64,000 nucleotides of DNA from contig MU053136.1 in the NCBI GenBank assembly GCA_013239625.1, forward strand, positions 142,017 to 206,016. The letters run 5' to 3'. Of this stretch, positions 1 to 10,249 are shown piece after piece. The stretch's first letter is position 1. Every line of letters begins with the position of its first letter. The notes beneath the pieces were generated by a model. It searched no databases, was not told where the DNA came from, and saw only the letters and a list, made by a program, of their open reading frames with translations. The position numbers were made by a program, and so were the translations under genes. The DNA is from Lama guanicoe. Taxonomy: Eukaryota.

Positions 1-36
1 TGACCCGGACCCGGACTCTGTGCTCAGGATCCTCCT
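1..36 (-). CDS. OS9: OS9 exon 13, 5' part only (EEDPEHRVRVRV...), runs off the window
   Basis: Pyrimidine tract plus AAG acceptor at 37-39; phase 1 matches exon 12; peptide matches the OS-9 cassette exon. Confidence 0.88.
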
Positions 37-933
37 CTTGGAGGGAGAGACACACAGGGAGACACAAAGCAGAGCCGTGACTCCAGGGCTAGGGCTGCAG
101 CGGTCACCTCTCCCTAAGACATCAGTGGGTTTTGGCAGTTATTCCATCACAAACACGGATATGAGCTGGGCTCAAAATAAATTAGCACCCATCACCCCCA
201 ACCCCATTCCAACCCAAAAAGCTCCCCCCATCAGTGCAGTTTCCCTTCCCCACACCAACCCACCAGTAATTCTGCCCATCATCTAAACTGACTGTTTTCT
301 AAAGCAAAAATGAGGCCACCTGGGCCTACAGAGAAATTGAAGAAGCAGGCTGGAAAACTGTGGTCTGGCACCCTTGACATGTTGGGACTCAAAAGACATT
401 TCAATGTTTATAGAGACAGTGGGATGGAAGGTTTGAAACTAGGACATTCCATTTGTAACACCTGGTCTCTCTGACCCCGGGGCCTGCGGAAGGGACACAA
501 AGGGTGCAAGAAGAGGGGAACTTTAAGTCTGTCTAGGCAATTGGCTTATGAGCAGCTGGGCTGCCCGTTCACACCCCGCCAGCTGGGGCCACTCCCTGTG
601 CAGTCCTGACTACTGACAGGCAGAGTCCGCCACAGGTGTGTGGTCTGGCACACAGGCTCACTGCCACCCAGTTAATATCTACCAGTCACCCACGAGGGGC
701 CAGGCAGAGTGCTAGGCACTGGATGTACAGGAGTAAGCCAGAAAACCGCCACGGAGGCAAGCCAGACAGGCTCTAACAGCTGCTTCCCAAAAAGACAACT
801 AGGAGGTTAGCGGGCAAACGGATGGAGGTGTTGGGAATGGCTGAGAACAATGTTCCAGGAAGAGCGAGAGTGAGCGTTCTCAGAAGGGATAAACGACGGG
901 CCTGGCCGTTTCCTCCCATCTGGCAGCTCTCAC

Positions 934-1123
934 CTGCTGGTCGGGGGGACGGGGGAGGCTTTTTGGGGACAACCCTCCTCTTCTGGTGCTTCTTCACCAG
1001 CTCTGGACTCTGTTTTTCCTCCAGCCTTTTGATGAGTTTGTTGAGAGTGGAAGTCAGCGCCAGCATAGCCCGATCACGCTCTGACTCCTTCTTCAGCCCC
1101 TCTGGGTCCAGCTCCTTCTCTGT
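934..1123 (-). CDS. OS9: OS9 exon 12 (TEKELDPEGLKKESERDRAMLALTSTLNKLIKRLEEKQSPEL...PSPRPA)
   Basis: CAG/GTGAG boundaries, 190 nt. Confidence 0.95.
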
Positions 1124-1370
1124 CTGGAAGGCCCAGGGTGGGAGTGAGAGTCAGGATCTGGGAAGTAATATCTAAGCCTCATTCTTCTCTCTGACCCCCT
1201 TGTCCACCGTCCCCCACTTTTTAATTAAGTAAACAATAGCAGTTCAGGGCGCCTGCTCCAGCACCCCAGGCCAGCGAGGTGCTGTCCTCTGTTCTCTTCC
1301 GGGCCCTCGGGCCTGTCCCCCCACAGGCACAGGCGGCGGTGGAAGCCACGGGAGGAAGCGGGGAGCCCAC

Positions 1371-1649
1371 CTCCTGGATGATGTTCTCCAGCTCCCGCTC
1401 CATGCCAGCCTTCACCTCCGCACGGAGCCGGTCTCGGTCCGACGGGAGCAGTATCCCTTCCAGTTCCTTCTCAAATTCTCCCAGCAACTGCCGCTCATCC
1501 TCATCTTCGTCTTCATCCTCATCGTCGTCCTCCTCTTCTTCCACCTCGTTCTGATGCTCGGGGTCACCCTTCTCCTTCACCTCTGGTTCCCTGGAAGGGG
1601 CTTCTGCAGCATAGTCTGCAGGCTGCTCTTGGCCGGAGTTGGGCTTCCC
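1371..1649 (-). CDS. OS9: OS9 exon 11 (GKPNSGQEQ...acidic tract...ELENIIQE)
   Basis: CAG/GTGGG boundaries, 279 nt; Asp/Glu-rich tract followed by RQLLGEFEKELEGILLPSDRDRLR. Confidence 0.95.
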
Positions 1650-1833
1650 CTGGGTGGGTGGGGATCGGGAGAAAGAGGGAGACGGTTGGGGTTCCATGGT
1701 GGGAGGAAGTGGGAGTGGGGACCCAGGAGGAGTACAGGACGGGAGTCGGCTCCATCGGCCCCAGTCAGGGGTGCGTCTCTGAATGCTCCCAGCAGGGAGG
1801 CAGGTTCTGCCCCTCCCTGGAGCAGGGCCATAC

Positions 1834-1922
1834 CTTTCTTGTTCCACCCTTCAGCTCCTCTATCAATCGAATCAAGTCTGCGGGGCTCCGAATAACTTTG
1901 ACCTGCACGTTGTTCTGAAAAT
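1834..1922 (-). CDS. OS9: OS9 exon 10 (DFQNNVQVKVIRSPADLIRLIEELKGGTRK)
   Basis: CAG/GTATG boundaries, 89 nt; conserved OS-9 peptide. Confidence 0.95.
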
Positions 1923-2554
1923 CTGAGATGAAAGAATAGGAATGGACCCGTCATGTCTTAAATTCTATTTTGACTTCCTAAGGAGAAGAGTTGAGGAGGC
2001 CAAGGAAGGACATAGTCCCTGCCTCCAGGAACTACCTGTCTGGTCTGTGAGACAGGGGCCAACATACCCCTCCAGAGAGTTCTTAGGTGGCCTAAGGTGG
2101 CCTCATAGGTGAGAGAGAGAAGGATGCTAACAAGCTGCCAAGATCCCTGCTCTTCCATGCACTGCTGAGGTCCTCCCGGCAGCCACTCCAGTTTCTAGGA
2201 CTACAGAAGAGATCCCGGGGCCAAGCACGCCTTTTCCCTGGATCCTGTTCTCTTCTTTCCACAAATATAAACCATTTTTTGTCTACTCAGCTCCAGGCTT
2301 TGTACTGTAAAACTAGATTCATTTAACCCCACAACAGCTCTCTAACGTAGGGTGAGGAAATGGAGGTTAAGGGAAATTGTCCAAGATGCAAAGTCAGCAA
2401 GCAGCGGAACCACTGGCTTCTGCTACTGTCCTTGAATAGAACTGTCGTCTACAAAGAGTACTCAGTCTGATAAAAATGAATCTGAACCTCCCTCCCAGTG
2501 TTCAGCTCTAGCTCTGCGCTCGCCCAGGAAGGGAGACGTGGAGGATTCCCTCAC

Positions 2555-2606
2555 CATCGGGAGAGCCTGGCGCTGGGTCTGCTGCGTCCAGGTTTGGTTC
2601 CTGCTC
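2555..2606 (-). CDS. OS9: OS9 exon 9 (EQEPNLDAADPAPGSPD)
   Basis: CAG/GTGAG boundaries, 52 nt, phase 0-1 fits both neighbours. Confidence 0.9.
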
Positions 2607-2794
2607 CTGATGAGAGAAGGGCAGAGTCAAGTATGCAAGCTGATGCATGCCAGCCTCAGGCAGTGACTCTGGGTATATGCTTGCATCACTAGGTGGATGG
2701 AGATCATATCATAATGGCCTCAGTTCAAGCGGCCTTGCAGCCCAAAGCCCAGGTTCAGCCTCATCAAAGCGACAGCCAGGAAGCCGGCTCTCAC

Positions 2795-2895
2795 CTCAGC
2801 CTGTACCTCCTCCCCTTCAGGTGCCTGTTCCTCTCGCTCGTGGAGCATCTTCCAGAAATCTGCTTCCTTGTTGTCATCCTTGGCTGGCCCTGCAC
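2795..2895 (-). CDS. OS9: OS9 exon 8 (GAGPAKDDNKEADFWKMLHEREEQAPEGEEVQAE)
   Basis: CAG/GTGAG boundaries, 101 nt; DFWKML motif as in OS-9. Confidence 0.93.
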
Positions 2896-3120
2896 CTGGA
2901 ATACAGGGAACAGGGAGGAGCCTGAAATGGGAGGAAGCAAACAGAATGGCTTATTTTCCCTCCTCTGTTACTCAGGGATTAGGGACCACAGTTCTTTTTT
3001 GCCCCACCCCAACAGTCAGGGGTGTTAAGGACAACGCACTCCTGGGTGTATAGGACAGTGAGGCTGCAGAAGGGAAGAAAGGCAGACAGGTTTCACAGAA
3101 CAGGTGAAACAAGGGCCTAC

Positions 3121-3222
3121 CCCCTTTCCTCGGGGGCACCACCCCAGGCTTGGTCTCACTCCACGTCTGAGGGTCCAGGCCGTGCAGCTCCCCTGTAGCC
3201 CTGTCTCCGTGTTGCTTTGAGT
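3121..3222 (-). CDS. OS9: OS9 exon 7 (DSKQHGDRATGELHGLDPQTWSETKPGVVPPRKG); alternative start at 3225
   Basis: Tandem CAG-TAG acceptor, GTAGG donor at 3120; 102 or 105 nt, frame preserved either way. Confidence 0.9.
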
Positions 3223-3334
3223 CTACTGAAAGACAGCATGTAGGCAGGACAGGGACACGTTCCTCTGGGCTCTTCGATACTTTGTCTTCTGCAGGTCCCT
3301 CCCCACGTCTCTCCTTCCTCTTTTAATTACTCAC

Positions 3335-3545
3335 CAGCTTGCCTCTGAATGTAGGCCATGTACTCCTCAGGCTGCAGGGCAGGGTGACAGAGAATGGCCT
3401 GGGGAGCAGCACTGGGTGGGGGCCGGAGGAGAGGGTGAGGGCAGAGCCGAGGAGTCCGAATGGTCAGCACATACGAGCAGGACAAGGGCTCATCCACGCG
3501 ATCAATGTAGTCCCCAGAAATACCAGCGCCTTCATCACAGAGGAA
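3335..3545 (-). CDS. OS9: OS9 exon 6 (FLCDEGAGISGDYIDRVDEPLSCSYVLTIRTPRLCPHP...YIQRQA)
   Basis: CAG acceptor, GTGAG donor, 211 nt; end of the MRH domain; lies inside ORF 3327..3731. Confidence 0.97.
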
Positions 3546-3619
3546 CTGCCAGGACAGAGAGCGAGAATAAACAGCAGTCGCCACCAACAAGCACCTTCGG
3601 GTCCTAGGGCAGCTGCTTT

Positions 3620-3870
3620 TCACTGAGCACTCACTGTCCGCCAGGTGCTGTGCCTGTATCGTGTGCATACTGTACACACATACATAGTGTATATGGCACT
3701 TCACATGCATTAGTTCATTTAATTCCCACAAAAACCCAGTGAGGGAGGTATCAGTGTCTCAGCTCTGTGGCTCAAGAAACCTAGGTTCGATGCAGTAAAG
3801 GGACTTGTTCAGGTTGCCCAGCTGATGAGTGGTAAAAATAGGAGTTGAACTCGGGCAGCTTCACTGTAGG
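3620..3870. mobile_element. MIR SINE remnant
   Basis: Degenerate MIR-like core (cattagttcatttaattcccacaaaaacccagtgagggaggta...ggagttgaactcgggcag); boundaries approximate. Confidence 0.55.
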
Positions 3871-6087
3871 TAACCAGCTGATTTCTATTTCACATTCCTG
3901 CTTTATATAAATACAGTATGTACATACTTATACATATTTGATACATATATATTTATATGTATTTGAAACATGCATATTCTTTGTTTGTGTGCATATGCGT
4001 ATATTTGTATGTATGTGTATGATTTTTTAAAAAGTCAAACAATTCTAAGATCCTTGTATTATTTAGAAAGAGAGTAAAGATAAAATTAAGAAACATCCAT
4101 TCGAGAAAAACTACTAAATGTTTAACAGTGAATGTCTGTGGTACTTGGGCCATGACCTGCTCCCTTCCTCTCTTACGCCAACCCCCACGCCCCAGCTCAG
4201 TCAGACAGATGCTCCACTCCAGGTGAGCGTGGTCCAAAAAGTGGGGCTACCTCTCCCCTTCACATCCAGTCAAGGGATATGGCATTTCACCAGGCCACCA
4301 ATGTCTCTCAGCCCTCTCCAGTTCCAAGGTGTAGAGAATAAATTCCTGCTGAATGTGGTCAGGAGATTGAGGACAGCCAGCCCCACTCACTGGACAGAGG
4401 CTGTACCTCAGGTACAGCAGGACAAGAATATTGGGGCCCTGATCATCCTCCCACAGATCACTAAAAAGGTAGAGATCTGACAACAGAGACGCAAACTGAG
4501 AGGACCAGAAGCTACGACCCCCGCCCAGCTCCCTGCTCGTAACACAGGAGTGTCACTCTGACAGAACTGGGTCACTGTCCCTGACACCAGCTCTAAAGCA
4601 GGGGCTTAGAGATTTTGCCCAGGGAGAAAGGCAATCCACAAGAACAGAAAGCTCCAAAGCTTCTTCCAAACGACTGACTTTATGTGAAACATTGTATAGG
4701 GAAGTTTAAGCTTACGGGCACTTTCAAAATAAATGAAAATTTTGGTGGTAAGCAATAAACAAGAGGCTGATAAGCATAAAAAACAACCTCTGTAAAGGAG
4801 TTCACATTTAATTGAATCAGACTGAAAAATACAGACAGTTAGCTGGCGATTAGTGGAGCCCACCAGCTGGGTGTGATACCAGCAGAGGTAGAGTGCTTAA
4901 TAGATCAGCAAAAGAGACACAGAGAGCCCTGCTGAAACCACTGTCACCTAGCATGACTGTGTGCATGCCCAAGCCTGCACCCTCAGAGGCTCCATGCTGC
5001 AGGGGAAACAGACTTCGCTAAAACAGTCCAGCCAAGTCACTAAAGAAATGAACCCACAACCAACCAAAACAAGTCTTGTGGTAGAGGGTAAGAATCAGTA
5101 TGTAGAGTTGCTACAGCATATTACCTAAAATGTCCAGCTTTCAACAAAAATTTTGAGATATGCAAAGAAACAGTTAAGTGTGACCCATACACAGGAGAAA
5201 AAGCAGGCAAGAGGAAACACCAGGAGAGGACACAGATGTCGGATTTCACAGAAGTACATTTTAAAGTAGTCATTATAAATATGTTCAAAGAACTAAGAAT
5301 TTAAATCAAAGTATGTTCTCTAACCACAATGGAATGATATTGAAATTAATGAAATTTGGGAAACTCACTAATGTGCAGAAATTAATACACTCCTAAGTAA
5401 CCAATGGGTCAAAGAAGAAATCACAAGAAAATTAGAAAATACTCTGAGATGAATGAAAATGAAGACATAATATATCAAAACTTATGGGATTCAGCTAAAG
5501 CAGTGCTTAGAAGAAAATTTTTACCTGTAAAATATAAAAAAAGAAGAAAGATCTCAAATCCATAACCTGACCTCCCACCTTAAGAAACTAGAAAAAGAAA
5601 AGTAAACTAAATTCAAAGCAAGTATAGGGAAAGAAAGAATACAGATTAGAACAGAAACAAATGAAATAGAGAATAGAAAAGCAATAGAGAAAAATCAATG
5701 AAACTAAAAGTTGGGTTTTGAAAAGATCATTAAAAGTGACAAAATTTTAGCTAGACTGGCCAAGAAAAAAGAGAAGACTCAAATTAGTACAACTGAGAAT
5801 GAAAGAAGGAACATTACTACCAACCTTACAGATATAAAAAGGATTGTAAAGGAATACTATGATCACCTACATGCCAACAAATCAAATAACTCAGATGAGA
5901 CGGACAAATTTCTAGAAAGACACAAACTACCAAAACTGACTCAAGAAGAAATAGACAATCTGAAGAGAGCAGTGACAAGTAAAGAGACTAAATCAGCAAT
6001 CAGAAAACGACTCACATAGGAAAGCTTGGGTCACACGGATCTATTGGTGAATTCTACCAAACATTTGAAAAATAAAAATACCAGTCT

Positions 6088-6217
6088 GGGGGGAGGGTAT
6101 AGCTCAGCAGTAGAGTGCATGCTTAGCATGCACGAGGTCTTGGGTTCAATCCCCAGTATCTCAATTAAAAAAAAAAGAATAAGTAAATAAATGCAATTAC
6201 CTCCTCCCCCCGCAAAT
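6088..6217 (+). mobile_element. tRNA-derived SINE (camelid Vic-1-like) with TSD
   Basis: Head GGGGAGGGTATAGCTCAG with B-box GGTTCAATCCC and A-rich tail; flanked by AAAATAAAAATACCA(G/A)TCT repeats. Confidence 0.85.
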
Positions 6218-7944
6218 AAAATAAAAATACCAATCTATCTCAAACTCTTCCAAAAAACAGAGGAGCAGGGAATAATTCCCAACTCATTCTATGAGGCCAG
6301 TATTACCCTGACACCAAATCTAGACAAAGATACCACAAGAAAAGGAAACCAAAGAGGCCAGATCTCATGAACATAGACCTCAGAGTCCTCAGCTAGTTCA
6401 CTGGATTCAGCAACATATAAAAAGGGGTACAGATATAAAAAGGATTGTAAAGGAATACCATGATCAAGTGAGATTTATTCCAGGAGTACAAGATTGGGTT
6501 AACATAAAAAAAAATCTATTAATGTAGTTAATACATCTTATCAATAAAATAAAGGACAAAAACAGCATGATCATCTCAGTGGATGCAGAGGAGCATCTGA
6601 CAAAATACAACACCTCTTCATGACCAAAACATTCAACAAACTAGGACTAGAGGAGAACTTCATCAACCTGATAAGCAGCAGCTATGAAAAATCCACAGCT
6701 AATACCATAATTACTGGTGAAAAACTGAATTCCCTGAGATCAGGAAAAAGACAAGGATGTCTGCTCATGTCATTTCTATTCAACATGGTACTAGAGGTTC
6801 TGACCAGGGCAATTAGGCAAGAAAATGAAATAAAAGGCCTCTAGATTGGAAAAAGCAAATCTACAGTTTACTACAGTAAACCTACATCTACAGATGGCCT
6901 GATCTTGTATATAGAAAATCCTAAGGAATCTACTAAAAAGAACCATTGGAATAAATGAGTTCAATAGGTTACAGGAAACAGCAATCAACTGTATTTCTGT
7001 ACACTTGCAATGAATAATCAAAAAATAAAATTAAGAAAATAATTCCATTTGTAATAGCACCAACAAGAATGAAACAACTGGTAATAAATGTAACAAAATA
7101 AGTGTAGCACTATTACTCTGAAAACTATAAAACACTGCTGAAAGAAACTAAAGACTTAAATAAACAGAAAGACATCCAAGTTCATGGGTTACAAGACTTA
7201 ATTCTTGTTAAGACTTAAGACTTAATACTCCCCAAATTGATCTTCAGATTCAATACAATCTCCATCAAAATTTCAGATGCCTTCTTTGCGGAAATTAACA
7301 ACCTGTTCTTAAAATTCATATGAAAATTCAAGGATCTCCACATAGCCAAAACAATCTCAAAAAAACCAAACAAACAGGATTGGACTCATTCTTTCAGATT
7401 TCAGAACTTGCTACAATAATCAAGACATCGTGGTACTGACATAGTATAAATATATGGTCCAATGAAACAGAATTGAGAGTCCAGAAATTAACCTTCACTG
7501 TTCTCATCATTTGATTTTCAACAAGGTTATCAACATAATTCAACAGGAACAGTCTTTTCAGCACATGATGCTGGACAACTGGGTGTCTACAAGCAAAAGA
7601 ATGAAGAATGCACCTCATGCCATGTACAAAAATTAACCCCGAATGGATCAAAGCCCTATATGTGAAACTATAAAATTCTTAGAAGGAAACATAGGTGTAC
7701 ATCTCCATGGACTTCGATAAGGCAGTGGTGTATTAGATACAACAGTAAAAGCACAAGTAACAAAAGAAAAAATAGATAAATTGGAATTCAGCAAAATTAA
7801 AGGTCTCTGTGTTGCAAAGGATACCATCAAGAATGAAATGACGACCCACAGAAGGGGAGAAGATATTTGCAAATCATGTATCTGATAAAGGACTTGTATC
7901 CAGAATATATTAAGACATTTTACAACTCAGTAACAAAACGATAA

Positions 7945-8560
7945 GGTCATGGAAGGCTCTGAAGCAGAGCCAAGTAAATGAGGGTTGAGGGCCCAGTGTG
8001 GAGGATTCTGCGTGTGGTTAGAAGGCAGCTCCGCCTCCCGCCTCCCCATCACAGGGTAAAAACTGTGATCTAGCCCCGTCTCAGGTTGTCAGAGCTCGTC
8101 TCCATCTCTGGAGCAGGAAAAGGGAAGCATTTCTCACCGGGTGGGCTGGGCCTCTTACGTCAGAATCCCCTGGAGAGCTTGTCAGAAGCCCCAGGCCTCC
8201 CCCATCATGACGGGAGCGGAATCTCAGGGAGCATGGGGCCGGGGCACTGCCGCCTTTCTACAGGATGCCTGACGCCAGCACACACACACACACACACGCG
8301 GCTGGAGGGCCTCCAGGACACCCCAGAGGGAATCAGCTAACTCCGGAGTGGCCTCCTCCACGCACCTGAGGCCATCAGGCGGGAGAGACCCCGGAAGTGA
8401 GAGGAACAGGGGGGCCAGACGGCACGAGAGGCCAGAGCATCAGTGTCTTTGCAGAGAATGGGGAATGAGGGCATAGGTTTGTGAAGCACATTGAATTTCT
8501 CTTGCAAAATAAAGTTAAAATCGCAGAAAAATAAATAAATAAATAAATAAATAAATAAAT
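7945..8560 (+). pseudogene. Putative retrocopy (processed transcript 3' end or orphan transduction) of unknown origin
   Basis: GC-rich non-L1 sequence interrupting an L1; AATAAA at 8508-8513, then an (AAAT)n tail at 8527-8560. Confidence 0.6.
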
Positions 8561-10249
8561 TGCAACAATGCAATTTAAAAACAGGCAAAAGAGCTGAATA
8601 GACATTTCTCCAAAGAAAGTATACAGAGTGCTAATAAGCCTAAGAAAAGATGCTCCACATCGTGAAACAACAGGAAAACGCAAATCAAAGCCACACTGGG
8701 ATGCCACTTCTTACTCAGTAGGAAGGTTATAGTCAAAAAGATAAAAAACAAGTGTTGACGTGGAGAAACTGAAACCTTCAGACACTACTTGTGGGATTAG
8801 AAAATGGTCCTCGTGCTTTGGGAAGAGTCTGGCAGTTCCTCAAAAGGTTAAACAGAATCACCACATGATCCAGCAGTTCTGCTCCTTGGTATATACCAAG
8901 AGAAATGAAAACCTTCGTCCGCACATGTTCACATATGTTAAAAGCAGCATTGTTCACAATGGCCAAAAAGTGCAAACAACCCAAATGTTCAGCTGATGAA
9001 CAAATAGAACGTGGAATATTACTTGGCTATAAAATGTAATGCAGTACTGGCACGTACTACACACAGATGATCCTTGAAAACATGGCAAGTGAAAGAAGCC
9101 AGACATAAAAGGCCACCATGATTTCATCTATATGAAATATCTGGAACAGACAAATCTACAGAGGTAAAAAAGATTACAGGTTGTCTAGAGCAGAGGACCG
9201 GGTTACGAGTGCAGGTGGAAGAGACAGTAACCGTTAGAGGGTAGGGGATTTCTTTTAGGGTGATGACAATATCCTAAAGTTGATTGTGGTGATGGTTGCA
9301 CAACTCTATGAACACACTAACAACTACAGAATTGTGTGGTAATGTGAACTGTATCTTGATAAAGCTATTATTTAAAAAAATAAAGAAACAAAGCATATAA
9401 CTTCCCACTGAGATAAGAGGAAAAAGTGGCATGATTAAGACAAAATAAAACAGACCAAAAGCAACAAAGCAGAGAAAAAGGAGAACAAAACAAAGCATAA
9501 AGTAAAATATTAGACATAAATCCAAATATATATAAAATTGGTTAAAAATTTTAAAAATACAAGGATATGCCATTTAGAGAACACACTTAAACTATAGAAA
9601 AGATAAAAACAAAAGGGTGAGAAAAATCAGCAAACAACCCAATGTAAGCTGTTATTACTACATTATTATTACACAAGAGACTTTAAGTAAAGAAATTACT
9701 AAGATAAAGGTCAATTCATAATGTGAAAAAGTTCAATTTATAAAGAAGATAACAATTTAAATTGTATGTAATTCTTTATCTTCCTTATTGTCTGTCTCTC
9801 CCAACTAAAGCAGGAATTTTTGTCTGTTGTCTTCACTGAAACACCCTTAGCAACTAGAACAGCGCCTGGCACGTAGAAGCATTTAATACTAACATTTGCT
9901 GAATAAATTAATACATAGCCCCAAGATGCAAAAAGCAACAACTGACAGAATAATAATGAATAAACTGGAAAAATAATAAAGAATAACAGACAAATCCATA
10001 ATCATAGCGGGAGACAAGTCAGTAAGGATACAAAAGATTTGAACAGCATGAGTAACAATCATGACCAAAAAGACATACAGAAAACTAGACATACAGACAT
10101 ACATTGTAACTAACAGCAGAGGACATGTTCTTTTCAAGCACAAAGAAACAGTCATAGAAATTGACATACACTGGACCACACAACAAGTCTCAACAAATTT
10201 AAAAGGCACAACCATTAAAGTCTATATAATTACAAGATCCATAAGATAA

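Larger units (their letters stand above)
4830..9375 (+). mobile_element. Old fragmented LINE-1 (ORF2 remnants and 3' end), interrupted by a SINE (6088-6217) and a retrocopy (7945-8560)
   Basis: ORF2-like peptides (DKILARLAKKKEKTQI, DKFLERHKLPKLTQEEIDNL, RSGKRQGC) with many stops and frameshifts. Confidence 0.85.

Noticed and set aside
1279..1554. Poly-Ser ORF on the plus strand
   Set aside because: Antisense reading of the OS9 exon 11 acidic GAG/GAT tract.
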